DNA of 64,000 nucleotides from Terrimicrobiaceae bacterium (GTDB taxonomy: Bacteria > Verrucomicrobiota > Verrucomicrobiia > Chthoniobacterales > Terrimicrobiaceae). Below are positions 51,242-60,659 of the stretch, one piece after another. The position numbers were made by a program, and so were the translations under genes. The stretch lies in the NCBI GenBank assembly GCA_044342325.1, contig JBIIPZ010000012.1, positions 9,354 to 73,353 of the forward strand, read 5' to 3'. Below the pieces are notes generated by a model. It saw only the letters and a program-made list of their open reading frames with translations. It was not told the DNA's origin and ran no database searches. Position 1 is the stretch's first letter; the number at the start of each line of letters is the position of its first letter.

Positions 51242-52801
51242 TCAACGGACTTCCTTCATTTTGTCGATTGGGCCCAGGAGGCTGTCCAAGAATATATTGA
51301 TGACATGGCGCTTGCGGATCTTGATGTTTACGCCCACGGACATGCCGGACTGGAGGGGGATTTCCTTGTTGCGAACGACGAGGGATTGTTTGGAGAGCGA
51401 GATTTTGGCCGGGAAGCTGTAGAATTTTTTGACCTCGTTGGGAGGGAGAACATCGGAGCCGACATAGTAGACCTCGCCGACGATGTAACCGAACTCGCGC
51501 TTGGGGAAGGTGTCCACCTCGACCTCGCAGGGCATGCCGACGCGAATGAAGCCGATGTCGCGGTTTGTGATGTCCACCTTGGCGATCAACTCGCCGTTGG
51601 GCACGATGCGCAGCACAGGATCCTTGGCGGCGACCACTGTGCCGGGTTTGGTGGCCACCATTTCAAAAACAATGCCGTCCGAAAGGGACTTGATTTCGTG
51701 GCGGGTGAGGGTTTCGCGTGCAGCGGCGAGTTGGCTTTCGGCTTGGGATATGCGCTGCATGTTTTCGAGCCGGACCTTGGTGAGGTTGGCATCGATTTCG
51801 GCAATGCGTTTGCCGTTTTCTTGAATGCGAGTGTTCGTCTCCGTCTTGAAAACCGTCGGGATATTCTGGGTCTGGGCCTCGAGATTTTTGACCTGCGCGG
51901 TGGCATTGAGCCACTCGGACTGGCGGGCGAGGTAGTCGACGCGAGAGAGGTTGCCCTCAAGGTTCAGCTTGGTGAAGGCCTCGAACGCGAGTTTTTTATT
52001 CTGCTCGATTTTCCGCAATTCCGCGAGCTGCTCGCTGGAGCGGAGGTATTGCTCGGAGAGGCTGGTCAGCTCGTTGGCAAAATACTTGAGGTTGTCGAGA
52101 TCGGCCTCCAGCGTGAGTTCACGGGCAAATTCGCCTTCGACGAGTCCCTTCATCGCGGCGAGTTGCGAGGCTACGGGATCGGCCGCTCCGGCTTTGGCAG
52201 GGGCCAAATCGGATGCGAGGATGGCGGCGTGGAGTTTGCCGGTCTCATCGCGCAATCGGCGCAGGAGTTTGTTCTGCGCTTGGAGCGCAGTGCGGTTTTT
52301 CGCGAGATCGGCGATTTCCCTCGGGACGCTCTCGGGCGCGGACTCCGAAGCCACGGATTCGTTGAAGAGGCTCTCGTAAAACTCTCGTTCCATTTGCATC
52401 GAGGCCAAACGCTCTTCGAGGGATTTCACCTCGGCGGCAGCGACCTTGGAATCGAGGCGAACAAGACTCTGTCCCGCCTTCACCGAGTCACCTTCGCGGA
52501 CCATCGATTCCTCGACGACGCCGCCAACGGGGGCCTGCACATCGCGCACCGAGCCGCGTGGCTCGAGTTTGCCGGTTGCGTGGACGACCTCGTCGATCGG
52601 CGCGAGGCAGGCCCAGAGCACGGCTGCAACAAATGTGCCGATGATGGTCCACATGATAGACCGTGACCAGAAATGCGTTTGCCGCAGAACCATGGTGTCG
52701 GAGTCGGGGCGCAGCACATGGCGCAATGCAGGGACCGCCTTGATCAGGCGCTCAAAGAGCTTCCCGCCCTTTTCCAGAAATTTGTTTTGCTTCGTGTTCA
52801 T
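51242..52801 (-). CDS. HlyD family type I secretion membrane fusion protein
   Basis: TM segment, ATGKLEP, PVGGVV, coiled coil, DIGFI, FP..EFG, LQSGMSV. Confidence 0.93.
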   Translation of the reverse strand: MNTKQNKFLEKGGKLFERLIKAVPALRHVLRPDSDTMVLRQTHFWSRSIMWTIIGTFVAAVLWACLAPIDEVVHATGKLEPRGSVRDVQAPVGGVVEESMVREGDSVKAGQSLVRLDSKVAAAEVKSLEERLASMQMEREFYESLFNESVASESAPESVPREIADLAKNRTALQAQNKLLRRLRDETGKLHAAILASDLAPAKAGAADPVASQLAAMKGLVEGEFARELTLEADLDNLKYFANELTSLSEQYLRSSEQLAELRKIEQNKKLAFEAFTKLNLEGNLSRVDYLARQSEWLNATAQVKNLEAQTQNIPTVFKTETNTRIQENGKRIAEIDANLTKVRLENMQRISQAESQLAAARETLTRHEIKSLSDGIVFEMVATKPGTVVAAKDPVLRIVPNGELIAKVDITNRDIGFIRVGMPCEVEVDTFPKREFGYIVGEVYYVGSDVLPPNEVKKFYSFPAKISLSKQSLVVRNKEIPLQSGMSVGVNIKIRKRHVINIFLDSLLGPIDKMKEVR

Positions 52802-55692
52802 TCGTCCGTGCGACCTCCTGTGTAGAGCGACTGGTAGTGGCCTTTGAGTTTCATCAAATCCTCATGGCGGCCGCGCTCAATCAGAATACCGCGATCAAAA
52901 ACGAGGATGATGTCGGCGTGCTGCACCGAGCGCACACGGTGGGTGACAAAAAAGACGGTCTTGCCTTGGAATTCCTTGGCGAGATTGCGGCAGACGAGGT
53001 TTTCCGAAACGGAATCCAGTGCACTGGTGGCCTCGTCGAGGATCAACAAGCGAGGCCGCTGCAGCACGGCGCGGGCGATGGCGATACGCTGACGCTGACC
53101 GCCGGAAAGGGCGCGCCCCTGCTCGCCGACTTGGGTGTTATAGCCCTGCGGAAGACTCATAATGAAATCGTGCGCTCCGGCCACCCGCGCGGCGCGCATG
53201 ATATCATCTGGCGAGGCGTCGGGGTCACCGATGGCGATATTTGAGAAGACCGAGGAATTGAAGAGAAGACTGTCTTGAAGCACCGTCCCGATCTGCCGCC
53301 GCAGGGAATAAAGCTCGACCTTGGCGATCTCGTAGTCGTCCACAAGAATCCGGCCCGCGTCGGGATTGTAGAGGCGCGGGATGAGTTTGAGCACGGTGGA
53401 TTTTCCAGATCCGCTCTTGCCGACAACGCCGACGAATGAACCCGCCGGTATCTCGAAGGAAACATTCCGCAACTGCGGTTGTTGGCCTGGGATGTAAGCG
53501 AAGGTGATGCTGTCGAATTCCACTTTGCCGGTGATGGCAGGCATGGGGATATTGTTTGCCTCCTCGCTCTTCTGCTCTTGCGGGCTGTCAATGACATCTC
53601 CGAGTCGTTCGACCGAGAGGGCGACCTCTTGGAAATTCTGCCAACTTTGCGCGAGGCGCATGAGTGGCGTGGTGACATAGCCGGCGATGATCCGGAAGGC
53701 GATAAGCTGGCCGAGCGTCAACTCGCCCTTGATGACAAGCACCGCGCCATACCAGAGAACTGCAAGGTCACCCAAGCGGCTCAGCAGAGTGGTCGCCGAG
53801 TTCATCGCAGTGGATGTGAGAACGGCATGGAAGCCTGCGCTGACAAAGCCGGCGTAGCGTTTTTGCCACTCCCAGCGCGAGGGTTGCTCGATGTTGCCGG
53901 CCTTGAGCGTTTGGACGCCGGTGAGTGTTTCGATGAGGTGGGCCTGGGATTTGGCGCCCTCTTCGGAACGGCGGCGGATTTGAGCCTGCAGGATGGGTGC
54001 TCCCAGAAGCGTGACGCCGGTCATGAATGGAACAACCAACAAGGCGACGATCGCCAACTTCACATCGTAGAAAAACATGATCGCCATGTAGACGACGGAA
54101 AAAATGGCATCCAAACCGACCGTGAGAGCCGTTCCAGTCAAGAATTGGCGGATGTTCTCGAGCTCGTGCAGGCGGGAAGACACCTCGCCAACGGGACGGC
54201 GTTGAAAATAGCCGAGCGTGAGTTTGTAGAGGTGGTCCATGATCCGCGAACCCACAGCGAGGTCGATCCGGTTCGAGGTATCCACAAACAAATAGGTCCG
54301 AACTGCTGTGAGTGCGACCGAGGCAATGGCGATCAACACAAAAAGCACCCCGAGGACATTCAGGGTATCAATGGAATTTTGGACCAGAACCTTGTCGATG
54401 ATCACCTGCGTGAGGAGTGGATTCGCCAATCCGAGCAATTGGATAAAAAAGGAGGCGATGAAAACCTCGATCAGCACTTTCTTATGCTTGCGAATGGCAG
54501 GTAGGAACCATTTGAAACCGAATTTTCCCTTCTCCTCCTTCGGAAGCGGCCGCAGCAAGAGCAACTCGACCTCCGCCGGAAGGCGGGCCAGGAAATTGTC
54601 CACCGACAGGCGCTCCAGGCCAGTCCGAGGATTGGCAAGAACGACGCCTTTGTCGCCGGTTTGAAAAAGCACAGAGACCATGCCGTCGAGCATGAGCAGT
54701 GCGGGAGTCTCCACGCGGCCCATATTCACGACCGGGAGCTTCACAAGCTGCGCGGCGAAGCCGGACATGGTAGCGATGTTTCCGCATGTGTGCAGCGAAG
54801 GTTTGCGGTCGGCTGGAACCTCGTTCGACAAAACACGACGCGCGGCCTCCTTCGGAAATTCCTTCTCAAAAAACTTCGCCAACATCCCGAAGCAGGCAAT
54901 GACCTCCTCCAGCGGTCCGTTTTGCGTGGTGAGCACGGGATAATCGATCAGCGGGTCGAGCAAGGACTCGGCCGGCGGCAACGCAGGTGGCGCAGGCATT
55001 CCAGCTTCCTTGGGAACATCAGGAATCTCGCTGCGCTCCAAGACCCCGGTGGGAATTCCGATACGGCGCAGCGGCCCGTCAGCAGTTGTCCACCGCGTTC
55101 CGCGTGCAGCGCCCTCCGCAATCCAAAAGGTGAAGCCGTCACGGACATCCGCATTTCCAATCTCCAGCACAGCCTCTGGCAGAGCCGCTCGAACGAGATC
55201 CGGCACCTTCGAAATATCCAGGGCGCACCGCGTGAAATCCATCGACAGAAGGTTGAACAACTCGGCTGGGGTCACAGTGGATTCCACGCTTTTTTGGAGC
55301 TCAGGCGCTTCGCTGAGGAGTTCGCGCAAGCGGGCGGTCTCGACCATCAGGCACACGCAGTCCACCGCCGCTGTGGCGGCTTCGACAGGAACGCCTGAGT
55401 TGAAGGTAGCCAGCCCTGCAATACCACCAGGCCCGAGTGTTTGGAGCAGCTCGGGATGCGGGTCTCCCGCCCGAACGCCCAGCAAGCGAACGCGTCCCTC
55501 GAGCACAATAAAAACATGGCCGCTCAATTTTGCAGGAGTGATCAGCACCTGCCCGATAGTGGCGCGGGCGAGCTTGCCTGCGGAGGCGACGCGCGCAAGC
55601 CACTCCCGGGGGGCCTTGGAAAGAGGCCCATCGCCTGCGGCGATGCGGTCGGCTACCTGGCCGGCGGTGGTATCAAGCGGTTGGTCGGCCAT
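52798..55692 (-). CDS. Type I secretion ABC transporter (HlyB-like) with N-terminal cNMP-binding and C39-like domains
   Basis: FGFKWF, NPLLTQVIIDKV, GKSGSGKST, LSGGQRQR, LDEATSALD. Confidence 0.93.
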   Translation of the reverse strand: MADQPLDTTAGQVADRIAAGDGPLSKAPREWLARVASAGKLARATIGQVLITPAKLSGHVFIVLEGRVRLLGVRAGDPHPELLQTLGPGGIAGLATFNSGVPVEAATAAVDCVCLMVETARLRELLSEAPELQKSVESTVTPAELFNLLSMDFTRCALDISKVPDLVRAALPEAVLEIGNADVRDGFTFWIAEGAARGTRWTTADGPLRRIGIPTGVLERSEIPDVPKEAGMPAPPALPPAESLLDPLIDYPVLTTQNGPLEEVIACFGMLAKFFEKEFPKEAARRVLSNEVPADRKPSLHTCGNIATMSGFAAQLVKLPVVNMGRVETPALLMLDGMVSVLFQTGDKGVVLANPRTGLERLSVDNFLARLPAEVELLLLRPLPKEEKGKFGFKWFLPAIRKHKKVLIEVFIASFFIQLLGLANPLLTQVIIDKVLVQNSIDTLNVLGVLFVLIAIASVALTAVRTYLFVDTSNRIDLAVGSRIMDHLYKLTLGYFQRRPVGEVSSRLHELENIRQFLTGTALTVGLDAIFSVVYMAIMFFYDVKLAIVALLVVPFMTGVTLLGAPILQAQIRRRSEEGAKSQAHLIETLTGVQTLKAGNIEQPSRWEWQKRYAGFVSAGFHAVLTSTAMNSATTLLSRLGDLAVLWYGAVLVIKGELTLGQLIAFRIIAGYVTTPLMRLAQSWQNFQEVALSVERLGDVIDSPQEQKSEEANNIPMPAITGKVEFDSITFAYIPGQQPQLRNVSFEIPAGSFVGVVGKSGSGKSTVLKLIPRLYNPDAGRILVDDYEIAKVELYSLRRQIGTVLQDSLLFNSSVFSNIAIGDPDASPDDIMRAARVAGAHDFIMSLPQGYNTQVGEQGRALSGGQRQRIAIARAVLQRPRLLILDEATSALDSVSENLVCRNLAKEFQGKTVFFVTHRVRSVQHADIILVFDRGILIERGRHEDLMKLKGHYQSLYTGGRTDE

Positions 55693-56371
55693 GGGTGCGT
55701 TCCTCCAGCCATTGATGGCAGAGCTCCTCGATCATTTGGGATTTCATTGTTTCGTCAAATTCCACAGGCAAATGGTGGTCTACCCTCGCCACAAGAAACC
55801 ATTCTGCGACGGCGAAGGGCTTCAGCAGTTCACCAGCGCGCGCAGGCTTCAGAACGCCTGCCAACGCGGGATGCATCGCTCCGAGGGCGACGGGACCGAC
55901 TATGCCGGCCGTATAAACCTCATTCCCGCTCGCATAGGTGGGCGCGAGGTCAGCAAAGGTGGCTTCTCCCTCCTTGATACGGAACCACAACTCGCGGGCC
56001 AGCCCGGCCTCCTTGACACGGAGCAACGAATAAACAATGCGATCCAACGCGGGCTTACGGCGTTCGAAGTGTTCCTCCGCCTGTTGCTCAAAGAGGTTTT
56101 TTTTCCAGAGCGCAATCCGGCACTCGCGTTCGATGGCCGACTTCAAGCGCTCCGGTGGACAGCCAATGTAGTCCTGCGGAACCGGGAGCGAGGTCGCTGG
56201 ATCGACTTGGAATTTTTTGCAAAATCCCTGCCAGGCGGACTCCACCTCCTCAGGCTCGGGAGCAAAGCCCGCACTCGCCTCGTCCAGCAAGCGCGCCCGC
56301 AGAAGGGCCTTCCAGAGTCTGTAGGATCCGAGTTCCGCCGAGTCGATCGTTGTTCCGTCCGTTCTGTCCAT
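55673..56371 (-). CDS. PpiC-type peptidyl-prolyl isomerase associated with T1SS
   Basis: LDRIVYSLLRV...LAREL.FRI.EGEA.FADLA..Y, G.VGPV.L...HP.LA. Confidence 0.85.
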   Translation of the reverse strand: MDRTDGTTIDSAELGSYRLWKALLRARLLDEASAGFAPEPEEVESAWQGFCKKFQVDPATSLPVPQDYIGCPPERLKSAIERECRIALWKKNLFEQQAEEHFERRKPALDRIVYSLLRVKEAGLARELWFRIKEGEATFADLAPTYASGNEVYTAGIVGPVALGAMHPALAGVLKPARAGELLKPFAVAEWFLVARVDHHLPVEFDETMKSQMIEELCHQWLEERTHGRPTA

Positions 56372-56409
56372 GTCGTCTTTCAAAGTAAGGTGATCACATT
56401 ATGCCTTGT

Positions 56410-57285
56410 TCAAGGGGTCTTCAATGCCTCGCCGAGGTAGCGGTTGTGCAGATGCTGGAGCTCAAAAAAACCGGCATGCGGTGAGGCGGGTTTGTGAATG
56501 CGAAAATTTTTCATGACGCCCAGCGAGGCGGCACTCTCGAGCGGCCCGGCAAAGCTGCAGTCGCCATCGCCGAAAGTCGGCGACTCCGCCCAGCGTGCCA
56601 TTTGCGCGGCGCTCAGAAAAAAACAGCCCGAGTGCGGATTCGACCAGCGCTCGAAGGAAATTTCCTGCCCGAGAAATTCGGCGTTCAACATCCGGCGGTC
56701 ATTCACATCCTGCCAAGGCGCGGTGAAATCCGGTCTCACAGGCCCGTCGATATAGAGTTTGTGCAGAGCTTCCTTAGAAGAAATTTCGTAGCGATGGGGT
56801 AGCAACAACGCCTCATCGCCGAAAGTGCGGGTGAACCACTCGAGCTTCCTCAGAAAAAACGGATCCTGAATGAGCAAGTCATCCTCCAAGTAGCAGTAGA
56901 AATCATATTTCCCCAAGTGCGCCTTGAGCACCTGCTGGCACGCAAAACCGATCATCATGGGATCGGACTTCACCGGTTGATGATGAAACATGCTGCTGGG
57001 CACCGAGAGGCTGTTGATCAAATGCGAGTCGCCCACCGTGCAAACGGCGATATCCAGCGCGTCCGCCGCCTGGTTGTTCACTTTCAGGAGTCGGCCATTC
57101 CCCCGCCCCGGCACCGGCTCGTGGAGGCAGTAAAGAAAAGCCTGACGCGGCCCCAGACTCTCATGCAGCCCAGCGATACTCCGCGAAAGCGCCTCCGCCC
57201 GCCGCCCGCTCTCCGAACCGGTGGACCCATAAGCCCCCCCACCCTTCGGATTGTGAAAATGCGGAATCGTGACGAGGACTTTCAT
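56410..57285 (-). CDS. Conserved hypothetical protein, possible GT-A-fold glycosyltransferase
   Basis: VLVTIPH start, YCYLEDDL acidic motif, NPHSGCFFL, GPLESAA. Confidence 0.6.
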   Translation of the reverse strand: MKVLVTIPHFHNPKGGGAYGSTGSESGRRAEALSRSIAGLHESLGPRQAFLYCLHEPVPGRGNGRLLKVNNQAADALDIAVCTVGDSHLINSLSVPSSMFHHQPVKSDPMMIGFACQQVLKAHLGKYDFYCYLEDDLLIQDPFFLRKLEWFTRTFGDEALLLPHRYEISSKEALHKLYIDGPVRPDFTAPWQDVNDRRMLNAEFLGQEISFERWSNPHSGCFFLSAAQMARWAESPTFGDGDCSFAGPLESAASLGVMKNFRIHKPASPHAGFFELQHLHNRYLGEALKTP

Positions 57286-57291
57286 CTTTTT

Positions 57292-57401
57292 TTAACCACG
57301 GAGAACACAGAGGACTCGGAGGGAAAATTGAGGCACACAGTTTCAAAAATTTTCATCTCTGATCCTCAAAACTATTGGGGCTCTGTGCACTCTGCGGTCA
57401 A
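57292..57401. repeat. AACCAC-type inverted doublet repeat
   Basis: ttaaccacggagaacacagaggactcggag paired with ctctgtgcactctgcggtcaa. Confidence 0.65.
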
Positions 57402-57403
57402 TT

Positions 57404-58624
57404 CTACCTTCGGGCATTCATCAGGCCGGATAGCCAGGCCAGTTTTTGGCGCAGGCAGGATGTCATATCGTATTTGGCAACAACAGTCTGACGGGCCTTT
57501 TCCCGCATCTGGTCAAACTCACGAGGCTTCGCCAGCACGCGGTCGAGCGCGGCGGCAAGCTGGTCCGGTTTGAAAAAGTCCACCATGAGACCATTGATGC
57601 CATCCGTGATGACTTCCTGAACCGGCGGCGTATTCGAGCCGACCACCAGCGCACCACAGGACATCGCCTCCAGCATCGACCAGGAGAGCACAAACGGCCG
57701 CGTCAGGTAAATGTGTGCCTTGGTGCATTGGAGGAGCTTCACATACTCGCCATAGGGCAGCGACCCCACAAAATGCGTGCGTGCTGGATCGAGCGGGAAT
57801 TTTTCCATGTAGAGGTCTTTCCATGTCTTCCCATTTGGAGCCTGCTTTCCGTAGGCGACACGGTTGTCACCTGCGATCACCACATGCGCATTCGGCCTGG
57901 CTTTCTGAAGCAGATGCGCCGCCTCGATGAACTGCGGAAAGCCTCGATAAGGCTCCATACCGCGCGTTGCGTAGGTCACGATTTCGTCCACGCCCGAGAG
58001 GTCGAGCTTGCCATTCGCAAGCACCAATTTCCCACCCGGATTCGGCTTGAAGAAATTCGTATCGATCCCCTCATGCCCGATAACGAGATTCGAGCGCAAA
58101 TGCATCGGGAATTGCTCATACTGGAAACGCGTCGCGCAGACGCCGCCATCACACGCCGCCAAATCCGCCAGCAGCGTCGCATTCTTCGTGCGAATCCGCG
58201 CCTCGTCATCGGCATTGATCGGATCCGCTGGATCAAAATCGCAATCCGTCCCGTGTGCATGGTAAAACCATTCGAAATTCAGCCCCATCGGCGTGCGCGG
58301 AAAAGCATCCTTTAGAAATAGAGTCGGGCCCCACCCCGCGTGACCAAAAATCAAATCCGGCACGAAGCCTTGGTTTTTGGCCTCCATGCAGGCCATGTAA
58401 GCCGCCTGCCCATGCAAAATCGCCTGTTCATAGCCGCGCAGGTAGTGATGCGTCTGCGGCGCCGGTTCCCGCTTGGGCTTGTAGATAATTTTTTTGACGC
58501 CTGCAATCTCGCCGTTGTCGGTATTGGTTAAGAAGCGGACCTCATTGTTAGGATTCGCCGCCAGCACCTGCGCCACAGAGCGGAGCTGGGAGGGAAAATT
58601 GGGATGGGTCAGAAGAAATCGCAT
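57404..58624 (-). CDS. Glycosyltransferase family 4
   Basis: H.NFP.Q, GHAGWG, RGMEPYRGF, YLTRPFVLSWSMLEAMSCG. Confidence 0.9.
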   Translation of the reverse strand: MRFLLTHPNFPSQLRSVAQVLAANPNNEVRFLTNTDNGEIAGVKKIIYKPKREPAPQTHHYLRGYEQAILHGQAAYMACMEAKNQGFVPDLIFGHAGWGPTLFLKDAFPRTPMGLNFEWFYHAHGTDCDFDPADPINADDEARIRTKNATLLADLAACDGGVCATRFQYEQFPMHLRSNLVIGHEGIDTNFFKPNPGGKLVLANGKLDLSGVDEIVTYATRGMEPYRGFPQFIEAAHLLQKARPNAHVVIAGDNRVAYGKQAPNGKTWKDLYMEKFPLDPARTHFVGSLPYGEYVKLLQCTKAHIYLTRPFVLSWSMLEAMSCGALVVGSNTPPVQEVITDGINGLMVDFFKPDQLAAALDRVLAKPREFDQMREKARQTVVAKYDMTSCLRQKLAWLSGLMNARR

Positions 58625-58795
58625 GGAAGAAGGATTGGTCTGTTTACTCGTAATTCATGAAATAGAAAGTCAAATTTTGGAAATATTTGACACCGGCTTC
58701 AGGAGATTGGCTTTTTGGCTTTCATGAACAGGTTTACTCTATAGCGGCGAGTTTTTTAACAAAATCATCGACAGCAAAATCATTTTCCAAGGGGC

Positions 58796-59078
58796 TGTAG
58801 AGGCTGTCTATGACTGCCGTTTTGTAGCCTCTCTATAAGCGCCGGGATTCGTTTTCCACTCGGCAGTCATAGACAGCCGCTACAGCGGACTGATTTGCCC
58901 TGTAGCGGCGTCTCTATGAGCGCCGGGATTTATTTCCCGTTTGACGGTCTTCCGCTCGGCCGCCAAACCGTCTGATTGCGGTTCTTCACCCCATGATTTT
59001 GCCAATGATTGAAAAAAAGTCCCGAAACCCGGGGATCCGTTTTCCATTCGGCAGTCACAGACAGCCGCTACAGCTACA
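58796..59078. repeat. REP array (GTAG type, partly degenerate)
   Basis: Five or more REP copies, including cggcagtcatagacagccgctaca variants. Confidence 0.88.
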
Positions 59079-59895
59079 GTGGCTTTATTGAATTGAGATA
59101 ATCAGCCTCCTTGAAATCCAGATTATGCGCGTTCCAATAATGCATCCATGGAATTTTGTATCCGGGAGGGTAGGCCATGAAGTGAAGGAGGAAGGTATTT
59201 TCATCCATGAAGCGCGGGTCGGTGTTGAACTCCGCCATCTCGTGGGCTTCATGATATTCGCCATGCGGATCGCGGCCTAGAACCAAGTCGCAAAAGACCG
59301 TTTGGTCGCTGCCATGGTCCCAGAGATTCGGCGGGCGTTTTTCCAGCGCGAAGCGATCCGTATCCTCCAAGATCTGCTTTGACCAAAGCGCATTTTGGAA
59401 AAAGAAGACGCCAGCATTGTAGGAAGAAATGCCTTGGGCAAAATCCTTACAAATATGCAGGGGCTTCGAGCTCGAAAGAAATGGTTCAAAGACTTTTCTG
59501 TCTTGCTTCAAAAACAGCGTGTCGGCATCCACCCACACGACTCCACGATGATCTCCCAAATGGTTTAAAAGCACCCGCGCCTTATGCCATGTCGGATGGA
59601 TTCCAGAATAAATTCCGGTTCGATAAATGTAAGCCGTGTAGTCGTGCTGCAAGCAGTAACTCAGAAGACTTTTTTCGGACTCTGCCGCATAGGAGACGAT
59701 TTCAGGCGTATAGAGGGTGCAAAGCGCAAGCGGTCTTCCTGGATTGAAGACATAATTTCCAAAAGATGAAAAAGCTTGCTTGGCGGGGAAATGACCAGCG
59801 CAATAATTGAAAAACGGCATGAGATCCACGCAGGGTTGCCATCTCTCTCGCATGCGGAGGAATAATGCTTGGGAGATTTCGGGGTTGTTTGACAT
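59074..59895 (-). CDS. Glycosyltransferase, GT34/GMA12-MNN10-like
   Basis: YCLQHDY, TWHKA, VVWVDADTLF, NAGVFF, SDQ, FLLHF. Confidence 0.8.
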   Translation of the reverse strand: MSNNPEISQALFLRMRERWQPCVDLMPFFNYCAGHFPAKQAFSSFGNYVFNPGRPLALCTLYTPEIVSYAAESEKSLLSYCLQHDYTAYIYRTGIYSGIHPTWHKARVLLNHLGDHRGVVWVDADTLFLKQDRKVFEPFLSSSKPLHICKDFAQGISSYNAGVFFFQNALWSKQILEDTDRFALEKRPPNLWDHGSDQTVFCDLVLGRDPHGEYHEAHEMAEFNTDPRFMDENTFLLHFMAYPPGYKIPWMHYWNAHNLDFKEADYLNSIKPL

Positions 59896-59907
59896 CAGAG
59901 TTTTTTG

Positions 59908-60567
59908 ATATAGGTAGGAACGAGACATTGGTTTGTCTCTTTCCCCACTCCGAACCGGACTTGCGGATCTCCCGCATCCGGCTCTCCGGTTGCGAATTTG
60001 CCGACTCCTCTGTTGCCAGAGTTTCGTCGGACGCCGGACCAGAGGCTCCGAGGACTTGCAGGATTTCCCTCCCCAGCTCTGGCTGTTCCGACGCACCACA
60101 ATAAGGCTTTGGCTTCCCCAAGGCTCGTCTGGCCGCACAGTTTTAGCTCGTTGAGCAATCGATTGTGCTTTTTAAATGGGTCCAGCTGGCCCATGTGGTT
60201 TCGCTTCCTGCCGCCCTTCGCTCCACGGGAATTACCCCGCTTCTTCGCTACTATGGCGGCTCTGACTCCTGCGCGGCCCCGTCGAAACGGGTTCCTGCCC
60301 GCGCAGGTCTCAACGCTTCCATATGACACCTTCCCTGCGTTCCCACCCCAACCATCCCCAACAGCCCGTTTCTCTCCCTTATACGAGGTTTGTGAGAGGA
60401 AACGGATGTGGCTCTGGCCACTGGCTTCGCCACTCGCTAGCAGGTCCGCCTCGGGCTGCTCCCCACCCCGTCTCACGACGACGCAGTTGCCTCCGGCGTC
60501 TCTCCCGTTGCTCGTCTCGGGATGACTCAGACTTTCACTGGTTGATTTCATATATGTGCGTTCGCAC
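59908..60567 (-). ncRNA. ORF-less group II intron inserted in a REP end
   Basis: 5' GTGCG; DIII-like GTAGCGAAGAAGCGGGGTAATTCCCGTGGAGCGAAGG; DV GAGCCGGATGCGGGAGATCCGCAAGTCCGGTTC; DVI ending CCTACCTATAT; no RT motifs. Confidence 0.9.
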
Positions 60568-60627
60568 TAGCGGCGCTCTATGAGCGCCAGGGCTTTCTTC
60601 CATCGGCGGCCGCAGACCGCCGCTACA
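60568..60627. repeat. REPIN whose terminal TG is separated by the intron
   Basis: tagcggcgctctatgagcgcc...cggcggccgcagaccgccgctaca; the missing tg lies at 59906-59907. Confidence 0.88.
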
Positions 60628-60659
60628 GGAACAGGTTTTTGTAAGCAATCGCTCATTAA

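Noticed and set aside
59896..60138. N-terminal extension of the GT34-like ORF
   Set aside because: It is read-through of intron DIV-DVI; the ATG at 59895 is the more plausible start.
59895..60551. 218-aa ORF as the intron-encoded reverse transcriptase
   Set aside because: It has no RT motifs (no YADD or PQG) and simply reads through structured RNA domains.
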